Shown here in pieces: positions 27,601-42,360 of a DNA stretch of 64,000 nt; within the stretch, counting starts at the first letter, position 1; the number at the start of each line of letters is the position of its first letter. The notes below the pieces were generated by a model, which did not search any database, was not told where the DNA came from, and worked only from the letters and a program-made list of their open reading frames with translations. Both the position numbers and the translations under genes were made by a program. Origin of the DNA: the human T2T-CHM13v2.0 reference genome, Homo sapiens; assembly GCF_009914755.1 (NCBI RefSeq), contig NC_060926.1, one strand, 5' to 3'.

Positions 27601-30600
27601 AGGGGAATCATCATCGAATGGAATGGACTGTAATCATCGATTGGACTCGTATGGAATCATCATTGAATGGAATCGAATGGAATCAACGAATGGACTCGAA
27701 TAGAATCATCATCGAATGGAATCGAATGGAATCAAAGAATGGACTCTAATGGAGTCATCATCAAATGGAATCTAATGGAATCATCTAATGGACCTGAAAG
27801 GAATCATCATTGAATGGAATCGAATGGAATCATCGAATGGACTCGAATGGAATCATCATCGAATGGAATCTAATGGAATCATTGAATGGACTCGAATGGA
27901 ATAATCGAATGGGCTTGAGTGGAATCATCATCAAATGGAATCGAATGCAATCATCAAATGGACTCGAATGGAATCATCGTCAAATCGAATCGAATGGAAT
28001 CATCATCAAAGGGAATCGAATGGAATCCTCATCGAATGGAATCGAACGAAATCATCATCGAATGGAATCACCAAATTGAATCGAATGGAATGATCGTCAA
28101 AGACAATCGAAGGGAAACATCGAATGGGATTGAACGGAGTCATCGAATGGAATCGATAGGAATCATCGAATGGATTCAAATGCAATCATCATCGAATGGA
28201 AACGAACGGAATCATCGAATGGACACGAATGGAATCATCATCAAATAGGATTGAATGGAATCATCAAATGGCATCGAATGGAATCACCATTGAATGGAAT
28301 CGAATGGAATCATCGAATGGCATCGAATGGAATCATCATCGAATAAAATCAAATGGAATAATCGAATGTACTCGAATGGAATCATCAAATGGATTTGAGA
28401 GGAATCATCATCGAATGGAATTGAACAGAATCATCAAATGGACTCGAATGGAATCCTCATTGAATGGAATCGAATGGAATCATTGAATGGAGTCGAATGA
28501 AATCATCAGCAAATGGAATCGAATGGAATCATTGAATATCAACGAATGGAATCATCATCGAATGCAGTCGAATGGAATCATCAAACGAACTCGAATGCAA
28601 TCATCATAGAATGGAATCGAATGGAATCTTTGAATGGACCTGAATGGAATCATCATCGATTGCAAACGAATGGAATCATCATCAAATGGAATCACATGGA
28701 ATCATCAAATGGAAAAGAATGGAATAATCATAGAAAGGAATTGAACAGAATCATCGAATGAAACCGAATGGAATCATCATCGAATGGAATCGAATGGAAT
28801 CATCATTGAATGCAATTGAATGGAATCATCATCGAATGGAATCGAATGGAATCATCATCGAATGGAATCGAATGGAATCATCAACGAATGGAACGAAATA
28901 GAATCATCAAATGAACTCGAAAGGAATCATCGAATGGACTCGAATGGAGTTGTCATCGAATGGAATCAAATGGAATCATTGAACGGAATTGAATCGAATC
29001 ATCATTGAATGAAATCAAATGGAATCATCGAATGGACTCGAATGGAAGCAATATCAAATGGAATCGAAAGGAATCATGGAATGCATTCAAAGGGAATAAT
29101 CAAATGGACGCAAATGGAATCAACATCAAGTGGAATCGAAAGGAATCATCGAATGGACCGGAATGGAATCATCATCGAATGGAATCGAATGGAATCATCG
29201 AATTGACTTGAATGGAATCACTATCTAATGGAACCGAATGGAATCATCATGGAATGGAACCGGAAGGAGTCATCATCAAATGGAATCCAAGGAAATCATT
29301 GAATGGACTCGAATGGAATCATCATCAACTGGAATTGAATGGAATCATCGAACGGACTCCAGTGGAATCATCGGAGAATGGAATCAAATGGAATTATCAA
29401 ACGGACTCGAATGGAATAAACTTTGAATGCAATCGAAGGGAATCATCAAATGGAATTGAATGCAATCATCGAATGGAATCGAATGCCATCACCGAATGGA
29501 ATCCAATGGAATCACCATTGAATGGACTCGAATGGAATTATCATTGAATGGAATCGAATGGAATCATCGAATGGACTCGAATGGAATCATCATCGATTGG
29601 AATCAAATGGAATCATCGAATGGAATCGAAAGGAATCATCATCAACTGTAATGAACTGGAATCACTGAATGGAATCGAATGGAATCGTCATCAAAAATAA
29701 TCCAATGGAATAATCAAATGGAATCAAATGCAATCAACATCAAATGGAATCGAATGGAATCCTAGAATGACATCGAATGGAATCCTCATCGAACGGAATC
29801 AAAGGGAATCTATATCGAATGGAATCGAAAGCAATCACTGAATGGACTTGAATACAATCATCAAATGGATTTGAAGGGAATCCTCATTGAATGGAATAGA
29901 ACAAAAACATTGAATGGACACGAATGGAATCATCATCGAATGGAATCAAATGGAGTCATCAAATGGACTCGAATGGAATCATCATCAAATAGGATCATCA
30001 ATAAAATGGAATCGAATGGAGTCATCGAATGGACACGAATGAATGAACAAATGGACTCGAATGGAAACATCAAATAGAATCGAATGGAATCATCAAAAGG
30101 AATTGAATGGAATGATTGAATGGACACGAATGGAATCATCTAATGGACACGAATGGAATAATCATAAAATGGAATCGAATGTAATCATCAAATGGACTCG
30201 AATGAATGGAATCATTGAATGGACTCGAATGGAATCATCGAATGGACTCAAATGGAATCATCATCAAATGGAATCGAATGGAATCATCGAATGGACTCGA
30301 ATGGAATCATCAAATGGAATCTAACCGAATCGTCATCGAATGGAATCGAATGGAATCATCGAATGGAATTGAAGGCAATCATCATCGAATGGAATCGAAT
30401 GGAATCATCATCAAATGGAATCAAGCGGAAGGAATCATCAAATGGAATCAAATGGAATCATTGTTGAATGGAATGGAATGGAATGGAATCATTGAATGGA
30501 ATTGAATGGGATCACCAATGAACGGAATCAAATGGAATCATCTTCTAATGGAATCGGAAGGAATCATCAAATACACTCGAATGGAATCATCATCGAATGG

Positions 30601-33600
30601 AATCGTGTGGAATCGTCGAATGAACTGGAAATGAATCATAATCAAATGCAATTAAAATGAATCCTCATCGAAAGGAATCACATGGAATCATCATCGAATG
30701 GAATCATAGGGAAACATCACAGAATGGAATTGAATGGAATCATCAGTTGGACTCGAATGGACTCATCAAATGTCCTCGAAGGGACGCGTCAAATGGACTC
30801 GAACGGAATCATCATCGAATGGAATCGAATGGGATCATCGAAAGGACTCGAATCAAATCTTCAAAAGGACTCAAAGGGAATCATTGTAGAATGGAAATGA
30901 ATAGAGTCATCAGACAGCCTCGAATGGAAACATCATTGAATGGAATTGATTGGAAACATCGAATTCACTCGAATGGAATCATCATCTGATGGAATTGAAT
31001 GGAATCATCGAATGGACACAAATGGAATCATCATCAAATGGAATCCATTGGAACGATCGAATGGAATCGCATGGAATTATCAAATGGAATCGAATGCAAT
31101 CATCATTGAATGGAATCGAATGGAATCATCGAATGGTATCCAAAGGAATCACCATTGAATGCCCTCGCATGCAATCATCATCATATAGAGTAGAAAGGAA
31201 TCATTGAATGGACTCGAATGGAACCATCATTGAATGGAATCACCAAATGGAATCGAATGGAATCATCATGAAATGAAATCAAACGGAATCATCAAATGGA
31301 ATCGAATGGAATCATCATTGAATGGATTCGAATAGAATCTTTGAATGAAATTGAATGGAATCAGCATGAAATGGAATTTAAAGGAATCATAGAATGGTAT
31401 CGAATGGAATCATCATCGAATGGAATGGAATGGAATGGAATGGAATCAGCATAGAATGGAATCAAAAGCAATCATTCAATGGAATCTAATAGAATCATCG
31501 AATAGACTTGAATGTAATCATCATCGAATGGAGAAGAATGGAATCATCCAATGGACAGGAATGGAATCATCCTCGAATGGAATCGAAAGGAATCATATAA
31601 TGGACCCGAATGGAATCATCATTGAATGGAATAGAATGGAATCGTCATCGAATGGAATCGTATGGAATCATCTAATGGACCCGAATGGAATCATCATCGA
31701 ATTGAATAGAATGCAATCATCATCAAATGGAATCGAATGGAATCATCATCAAATAGAATCGAATGGAGTCATTGTCTAATGCAATCGAATGAAATCATAG
31801 TATGGAATCCCATGAAATCAACATCGAATGGAATCGATTGGAATTATTATCAAATAGAATTGAATGGAATCACTGAATGGAATCATCATCAAATGGACTC
31901 CAACGGAATCATCGAATTGACTCTAATGGAATCATCACTGAATGGAACAGAACGGAATAATCAAATGGAAACGAATGGAATCATCATCGAATGGAATCGA
32001 ATGGTATCATCAAATGCACTTGAATGGAATCATCAATGAATGCAATCGAATGGTAAAATCGAATGGAATCAAATGGAATCATCTTCGAGTGGAACCTAAA
32101 GGAATCGCCAAATGGACTCCAATGGAATAATCATCATATGGAATCGAGTGGAATCATCGAATGTACTCGAATGGAATCATCGAATGTACTCGAATGGAAT
32201 CATCGAATGGAATCGAATGGAATCATGGTCGAACGGAAAAGAATGGAATCATCAAGTGGACACGAATGGAATCAACATCTAATGGAATGGAATGGAATCA
32301 TCAAATGGAATGGAATGGAATCATCATCGAATGGAATAAAATGGAATAATCAAATGGAATCAAATGGAATAATCAATGAATGGAATCGAATGGTATCATG
32401 GAATGGAATTGAATGGAAACGTCTTTGAGTGGAATCTAAAGGAATCACCGAATGGACTCCAATCATCAGATGGAATCGAGTGGAATCATCGAATGTAGTC
32501 GAATGCAATCATCATCGAATGGAATTGAATGGAATCAACGAATGGAATACAAAGGAATCATAGAATGGACTCGAATGGAATCATTATTGAATGGAATGAA
32601 ATGGAATCATCATGGAATGGAATTGAATGGAATCATGGAATGGACTGAAATGGAATCATCATCGAATGAAATCGTATGGAATCATCGAATGCAACTGAAT
32701 GGAATCATTGAATGGACTTGAAAGGAATTATTACGGAATGGAATTGAATGGAATCATTGAATGGACTTGAAAGGAATCATCATCAAGTGGAATCGAATGG
32801 AATCGTTGAATGGACTCGAATTGAATCTTTGAATGGAATCGAATGGAATCATCATTGAATGGAGTCAAATGGAATCATCATCAAATGGAATTGAATGGAA
32901 TCTTCATTGAATGGACTCGAATGGAATCATTATCAAATGGAATCTAATCGAATCATCAATGAAAGGAATCGAATGGAATCATCATCGAATGGAATCGAAT
33001 GGAATCATCAACAAGTGGAAACGAATGAAATCATCGAATGGAATCGAATGGTGTCATCGAATGGACACGAAAGGAATCATCGAATGGAATCAAATGGAAT
33101 CACCATCGAATGAAATCAAATGGAATCACCATCGAATGGAATCTTATGAAATCATCTCATGGACTCGAAGGGAATCATCATCGAATGGAATCGAATGGAA
33201 TCATTGAATGAAATGGAAAGGAATCACCATCGAATGGAATGTTATGGAATCTTCTAATGGACTCGAAGGGAATCATCATCGAATGGAATCGAATGGAATC
33301 ATTGAATGCAATTGAATGGAATCATCATCAAATGGAATCGAATGGAATCATCGAATGGAATCTGAATGGAATCATCAATGAATGGAATCAAATGGAATCA
33401 TCTAATGGACGTGAATGGAATCATCATCGAAAGCAATGAAATGTAATTCAATCGAATGGACATGAATGGAATCATCATTGAATGGAATCAAATGGAATCC
33501 TCATCGAATGGAATCGAATGGAATCATCAAATGGAATAGAATGGAGTCATCGTCGAATGTAATCGAATGTAATCATCGAATGGCATGGAATGGAATCATA

Positions 33601-36600
33601 GACTGGAAAAGAATGGAATCATCATCGAATGGAAATGAATAGAATCACAGAATGAAATCGAATGGAATCATCATCGAATGGAGTCTAATGGAATAATCAT
33701 CGAATGGAATAGAATGGAATCATCGAGTGGACACGAATGGAATCATCATTGAATGCAACCGAATAGAATCATCAAATGGACCTGAATGGAAACAACATCG
33801 AATGGAATCGAATTTAGTCATTGAATGTCATTGAGTGGAATCATCATTGAATGGAATCTAAGGAAATCATCGAATGGACTTGAGTGGAATCATCGAATGG
33901 ACTGGAGTGGAATCATCGAATGGACTCGAGGGGAATCATCATTGAATGGAATCTAGTGGAATCATTGAATGGACTCGAATGGAATAATCGAATGGGCTTG
34001 AGTGGAATCATCATCAAATGGAATCAAATGGAATCATCAAATGGACTTGAATGGAAACAACATCGAATGGAATCGAATTTAGTCATTGAATTGCACTGAG
34101 TGGAATCATCATTGAATGGAATCTAAGGAAATCATCGAATGGACTCGAGTGGAATCATCGAATGGACTCGAGGGGAATCATCATCGAATGGAATGGACTG
34201 TAATCATCGATTGGACTCGAATGGAATCATCATTGAATGGAATCGAATGGAATCAACGAATGGACTCGAATAGAATCATCATCGAATGGAATCGAATGGA
34301 ATCAAAGAATGGACTCTAATGGAGTCATCATCAAATGGAATCTAATGGAATCATCTAATGGTCCTGAAAGGAATCATCATTGAATGGAATCGAATGGAAT
34401 CATCGAATGGACTCGAATGGAATCATCATCGAATGGAATCTAATGGAATCATTGAATGGACTCGAATGGAATAATCGAATGGGCTTGAGTGGAATCATCA
34501 TCAAATGGAATCGAATGCAATCATCAAATGGACTCGAATGGAATCATCGTCAAATGGAATCGAATGGAATCATCATCAAAGGGAATCGAATGGAATCCTC
34601 ATCGAATGGAATCGAACGGAATCATCATCGAATGGAATCACCAAATTGAATCGAATGGAATGATCGTCAAAGACAATCGAAGGGAAACATCGAATGGGAT
34701 TGAACGGAGTCATCGAATGGAATCGATAGGAATCATCGAATGGATTCAAATGCAATCATCATCGAATGGAAACGAACGGAATCATCGAATGGACACGAAT
34801 GGAATCATCATCAAATAGGATTGAATGGAATCATCAAATGGCATCGAATGGAATCACCATTGAATGGAATCGAATGCAATCATCGAATGGCATCGAATGG
34901 AATCATCATCGAATAAAATCAAATGGAATAATCGAATGTACTCGAATGGAATCATCAAATGGATTTGAGAGGAATCATCATCGAATGGAATTGAACAGAA
35001 TCATCAAATGGACTCGAATGGAATCCTCATTGAATTGAATCGAATGGAAGCATTGAATGGAGTCGAATGGAATCATCAGCAAATGGAATCGAATGGAATC
35101 ATTGAATATCAACGAATGGAATCATCATCGAATGCAGTCGAATGGAATCATCAAACGAACTCGAATGCAATCATCATAGAATGGAATCGAATGGAATCTT
35201 TGAATGGACCTGAATGGAATCATCATCGATTGCAAACGAATGGAATCATCATCAAATGGAATCACATGGAATCATCAAATGGAAAAGAATTGAATAATCA
35301 TAGAAAGGAATTGAACAGAATCATCGAATGAAACCGAATGGAATCATCATCGAATGGAATCGAATGGAATCATCATTGAATGCAATTGAATGGAATCATC
35401 ATCGAATGGAATCAAATGGAATCATCATCGAATGGAATCGAATGGAATCATCAACGAATGGAACCAAATAGAATCATCAAATGGACTTGAAAGGAATCAT
35501 CGAATGGACTCGAATGGAGTTGTCATCGAATGGAATCAAATGGAATCATCGAACGGAATTGAATCGAATCATCATTGAATGAAATCAAATGGAATCATCG
35601 AATGGACTCGAATGGAAGCAATATCAAATGGAATCGAAAGGAATCATGGAATGCATTCAAAGGGAATAATCAAATGCACTCAAATGGAATCAACATCAAG
35701 TGGAATCGAAAGGAATCATCGAATGGACCGGAATGGAATCATCATCGAATGGAATCGAATGGAATCATCGAATGGACATGAATGGAATCACTATCTAATG
35801 GAACCGAATGGAATCATCATGGAATGGAACCGGAAGGAGTCATCATCAAATGGAATCCAAGGAAATCATTGAATGGACTCGAATGGAATCATCATCAACT
35901 GGAATTGAATGGAATCATCGAACGGACTCCAGTGGAATCATCGGAGAATGGAATCAAATGGAATTATCAAACGGACTCGAATGGAATAAACTTTGAATGC
36001 AATCGAAGGGAATCATCAAATGGAATCGAATGCAATCATCGAACGGAATCGAATGCCATCACCGAATGGAATCCAATGGAATCACCATTGAATGGACTCG
36101 AATGGAATCATCATTGAATGGAATCGAATGGAATCATCGAATGGACTCGAATGGAATCATCATCGATTGGAATCAAATGGAATCATCGAATGGAATCGAA
36201 AGGAATCATCATCTACTGTAATGAACTGGAATCACTGAATGGAATCGAATGGAATCGTCATCAAAAATAATCGAATGGAATAATCAAATGGAATCAAATG
36301 CAATCAACATCAAATGGAATCGAATGGAATCCTAGAATGACATCGAATGGAATCCTCATCGAATGGAATCAAAGGGAATCAATATCGAATGGAATCGAAA
36401 GCAATCACTGAATGGACTTGAATACAATCATCAAATGGATTTGAAGGGAATCCTCATTGAATGGAATAGAACAAAAACATTGAATGGACACGAATGGAAT
36501 CATCATCGAATGGAATCAAAGGGAGTCATCAAATGGACTCGAATGGAATCATCATCAAATAGGATCATCATCAAATGGAATCGAATGGAGTCATCGAATG

Positions 36601-36930
36601 GACACGAATGAATGAACAAATGGACTCTAATGGAAACATCAAATAGAATCGAATGGAATCATCGAAAGGAATTGAATGGAATGATTGAATGGACACGAAT
36701 GGAATCATCTAATGGACACGAATGGAATAATCATAAAATGGAATCGAATGGAATCATCAAATGGACTCGAATGAATGGAATCATTGAATGGACTCGAATG
36801 GAATCATCGAATGGACTCAAATGGAATCATCATCAAATGGAATCGAACGGAATCATCGAATGGACTCGAATGGTATCATCAAATGGAATCTAACCGAATC
36901 GTCATCGAATGGAATCGAATGGAATCATCG
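24626..36930 (+). repeat. One complete and one truncated ~6.57 kb unit of a subfamily carrying a 265-bp insertion
   Basis: 27546/34116, 29212/35782 and 26669/33239 = 6570; 24348/30940 = 6592. Confidence 0.88.
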
Positions 36931-39900
36931 AATGGAATCGAATGGAATCATGGTCGAACGGAAAAGAATGGAATCATCAAGTGGACACGAATGGAATCAA
37001 CATCTAATGGAATGGAATGGAATCATCAAATGGAATGGAATGGAATCATCATTGAATGGAATAAAATGGAATCATCAAATGGAATCAAATGGAATCATCA
37101 ATGAATGGAATCGAATGGTATCATGGAATGGAATTGAATGGAATCGTCTTTGAGTGGAATCTAAAGGAATCACCGAATGGACTCCAATCATCACATGGAA
37201 TCGAGTGGTATCATCGAATGTAGTCGAATGCAATCATCATCGAATGGAATTGAATGGAATCAACGAATGGAATACAAAGGAATCATAGAATGGACTCGAA
37301 TGGAATCATTATTGAATGGAATGAAATGGAATCATCATGGAATGGAATTGAATGGAATCATGGAATGGACTCAAATGGAATCATCATCGAATGAAATCGT
37401 ATGGAATCATCGAATGCAACTGAATGGAATCATTGAATGGACTTGAAAGGAATTATTACGGAATGGAATTGAATGGAATCATTGAATGGACTTGAAAGGA
37501 ATCATCATCAAGTGGAATCGAATGGAATCGTTGAATGGACTCGAATTGAATCTTTGAATGGAATCGAATGGAATCATCATTGAATGGAGTCAAATGGAAT
37601 CATCATCAAATGGAATTGAATGGAATCTTCATTGAATGGACTCGAATGGAATCATCATCAAATGGAATCTAATCGAATCATCAATGAAGGGAATCGAATG
37701 GAATCATCATCGAATGGAATCGAATGGAATCATCAACAAGTGGAAACGAATGAAATCATTGAATGGAATCCAATAGTGTCATCGAATGGACACGAAAGGA
37801 ATCATCGAATGGAATCAAATGGAATCACCATCGAATGAAATCAAATGGAATCACCATCGAATGGAATCTTATGAAATCATCTCATGGACTCTAAGGGAAT
37901 CATCATCGAATGGAATCGAATGGAATCATTGAATGAAATGGAAAGGAATCACCATCGAATGGAATGTTATCGAATCTTCTAATGGACTCGAAGGGAATCA
38001 TCATCGAATGGAATCGAATGGAATCATTGAATGCAATTGAATGGAATCATCATCAAATGGAATCGAATGGAATCATCGAATGGAATCTGAATGGAATCAT
38101 CAATGAATGGAATCAAATGGAATCATCTAATGGACGTGAATGGAATCATCATCGAAAGCAATGAAATGTAATTCAATCGAATGGACATGAATGGAATCAT
38201 CATTGAATGGAATCAAATGGAATCCTCATCGAATGGAATCGAATGGAATCATCAAATGGAATAGAATGGAGTCATCGTCGAATGTAATCGAATGTAATCA
38301 TCGAATGTCATCGAATGGAATCATCGACTGGAAAAGAATGGAATCATCATCGAATGGAAATGAATAGAATCACAGAATGAAATCGAATGGAATCATCATC
38401 GAATGGAGTCTAATGGAATAATCATCGAATGGAATAGAATGGAATCATCGAGTGGACACGAATGGAATCATCATTGAATGCAATCGAATAGAATCATCAA
38501 ATGGACTTGAATGGAAACAACATCGAATGGAATCGAATTTAGTCATTGAATGGCATTGAGTGGAATCATCATTGAATGGAATCTAAGGAAATCATCGAAT
38601 GGACTTGAGTGGAATCATCGAATGGACTGGAGTGGAATCATCGAATGGACTCGAGGGGAATCATCATTGAATGGAATCTAGTGGAATCATTGAATGGACT
38701 CGAATGGAATAATCGAATGGGCTTGAGTGGAATCATCATCAAATGGAATCAAATGGAATCATCAAATGGACTTGAATGGAAACAACATCGAATGGAATCG
38801 AATTTAGTCATTGAATTGCACTGAGTGGAATCATCATTGAATGGAATCTAAGGAAATCATCGAATGGACTCGAGTGGAATCATCGAATGGACTCGAGGGG
38901 AATCATCATCGAATGGAATGGACTGTAATCATCGATTGGACTCGAATGGAATCATCATTGAATGGAATCGAATGGAATCAACGAATGGACTCGAATAGAA
39001 TCATCATCGAATGGAATCGAATGGAATCAAAGAATGGACTCTAATGGAGTCATCATCAAATGGAATCTAATGGAATCATCTAATGGACCTGAAAGGAATC
39101 ATCATTGAATGGAATCGAATGGAATCATCGAATGGACTCGAATGGAATCATCATCGAATGGAATCTAATGGAATCATTGAATGGACTCGAATGGAATAAT
39201 CGAATGGGCTTGAGTGGAATCATCATCAAATGGAATCGAATGCAATCATCAAATGGACTCGAATGGAATCATCGTCAAATGGAATCGAATGGAATCATCA
39301 TCAAAGGGAATCGAATGGAATCCTCATCGAATGGAATCGAACGGAATCATCATCGAATGGAATCACCAAATTGAATCGAATGGAATGATCGTCAAAGACA
39401 ATCGAAGGGAAACATCGAATGGGATTGAACGGAGTCATCGAATGGAATCGATAGGAATCATCGAATGGATTCAAATGCAATCATCATCAAATGGAAACGA
39501 ACGGAATCATCGAATGGACACGAATGGAATCATCATCAAATAGAATTGAATGGAATCATCAAATGGCATCGAATGGAATCACCATTGAATGGAATCGAAT
39601 GGAATCATCGAATGGCATCGAATGGAATCATCATCGAATAAAATCAAATGGAATAATCGAATGTACTCGAATGGAATCATCAAATGGATTTGAGAGGAAT
39701 CATCATCGAATGGAATTGAACAGAATCATCAAATGGACTCGAATGGAATCCTCATTGAATGGAATCGAATGGAATCATTCAATGGAGTCGAATGGAATAA
39801 TCAGCAAATGGAATCGAATGGAATCATTGAATATCAACGAATGGAATCATCATCGAATGGAGTCGAATGGAATCATCAAACGAACTCGAATGCAATCATC

Positions 39901-40740
39901 ATAGAATGGAATCGAATGGAATCTTTGAATGGACCTGAATGGAATCATCATCGAATGCAAACGAATGGAATCATCATCAAATGGAATCACATGGAATCAT
40001 CAAATGGAAAAGAATTGAATAATCATAGAAAGGAATTGAATAGAATCATCGAATGAAACCGAATGGAATCATCATCGAATGGAATCGAATGGAATCATCA
40101 TCGAATGCAATTGAATGGAATCATCATCGAATGGAATCGAATGGAATCACCAACGAATGGAATTCAAAGGAATCATCATCGAATGGAACCAAATAGAATC
40201 ATCAGATGGACTCGAAAGGAATCATTGAATGGACTCGAATGGAGTTGTCATCGAATGGAATCAAATGGAATCATCGAACAGAATTGAATCGAATCCTCAT
40301 TGAATGAAATCAAATGGAATCATCGAATGGACTCGAATGGAAGCAATATCAAATGGAATCGAAAGGAATCATGGAATGCATTCAAAGGGAATAATCAAAT
40401 GGACTCAAATGGAATCAACATCAAGTGGAATCGAAAGGAATCATCGAATGGACAGGAATGGAATCATCATCGAATGGAATCGAATGGAATCATCGAATGG
40501 ACATGAATGGAATCACTATCCAATGGAACCGAATGGAATCATCATGGAATGGAACCGGAAGGAGTCGTCATCAAATGGAATCCAATGAAATCATTGAATG
40601 GACTCGAATGGAATCATCATCAACTGGAATTGAATGGAATCATCGAACGGACTCCAGTGGAATCATCGGAGAATGGAATCGAATGGAATAATCAAACGGA
40701 CTCAAATGGAATAAACTTTGAATGGAATCGAGGGGAATCA
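32210..40740 (+). repeat. 4725-bp period segment (1845 bp skipped relative to the 6570-bp unit)
   Basis: 32452/37177, 32895/37620, 34116/38841 and 35782/40507 are all 4725 apart. The junction is at ~36930. Confidence 0.85.
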
Positions 40741-42360
40741 TCAAATGGACTCGAATGGAATCATCATCGAATGGAATCTAATGGAATCATTGAATGGACT
40801 CGAATGGAATAATCGAATGGGCTTGAGTGGAATCATCATCAAATGGAATCGAATGCAATCATCAAATGGACTCGAATGGAATCATCGTCAAATGGAATCG
40901 AATGGAATCATCATCAAAGGGAATCGAATGGAATCCTCATCGAATGGAATCGAACGGAATCATCATCGAATGGAATCACCAAATTGAATCGAATGGAATG
41001 ATCGTCAAAGACAATCGAAGGGAAACATCGAATGGGATTGAACGGAGTCATCGAATGGAATCGATAGGAATCATTGAATGGATTCAAATGCAATCATCAT
41101 CAAATGGAAACGAACGGAATCATCGAATGGACACGAATGGAATAATCATCAAATAGAATTGAATGGAATCATCAAATGGCATCGAATGGAATCACCATTG
41201 AATGGAATCGAATGGAATCATCGAATGGCATCGAATGGAATCATCATCGAATAAAATCAAATGGAATAATCGAATGTACTCGAATGGAATCATCAAATGG
41301 ATTTGAGAGGAATCATCATCGAATGGAATTGAACAGAATCATCAAATGGACTCGAATGGAATCCTCATTGAATGGAATCGAATGGAATCATTCAATGGAG
41401 TCGAATGGAATAATCAGCAAATGGAATCGAATGGAATCATTGAATATCAACGAATGGAATCATCATCGAATGGAGTCGAATGGAATCATCAAACGAACTC
41501 GAATGCAATCATCATAGAATGGAATCGAATGGAATCTTTGAATGGACCTGAATGGAATCATCATCGAATGCAAACGAATGGAATCATCATCAAATGGAAT
41601 CACATGGAATCATCAAATGGAAAAGAATTGAATAATCATAGAAAGGAATTGAATAGAATCATCGAATGAAACCGAATGGAATCATCATCGAATGGAATCG
41701 AATGGAATCATCATCGAATGCAATTGAATGGAATCATCATCGAATGGAATCGAATGGAATCACCAACGAATGGAATTCAAAGGAATCATCATCGAATGTA
41801 ACCAAATAGAATCATCAGATGGACTCGAAAGGAATCATTGAATGGACTCGAATGGAGTTGTCATCGAATGGAATCAAATGGAATCATCGAACAGAATTGA
41901 ATCGAATCCTCATTGAATGAAATCAAATGGAATCATCGAATGGACTCGAATGGAAGCAATATCAAATGGAATCGAAAGGAATCATGGAATGCATTCAAAG
42001 GGAATAATCAAATGGACTCAAATGGAATCAACATCAAGTGGAATCGAAAGGAATCATGGAATGGACAGGAATGGAATCATCATCGAATGGAATCGAATGG
42101 AATCATCGAATGGAAATGAATGGAATCACTATCCAATGGAACCGAATGGAATCATCATGGAATGGAACCGGAAGGAGTCGTCATCAAATGGAATCCAATG
42201 AAATCATTGAATGGACTCAAATGGAATCATCATCAACTGGAATTGAATGGAATCATCGAACGGACTCCAGTGGAATCATCGGAGAATGGAATCGAATGGA
42301 ATTATCAAACGGACTCAAATGGAATAAACTTTGAATGGAATCGAGGGGAATCATCAAATG
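39130..42360 (+). repeat. 1613-bp near-identical tandem duplication
   Basis: 39214/40827, 39733/41346, 40304/41917 and 40507/42120 are all 1613 apart. The junction is at ~40745. Confidence 0.9.
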
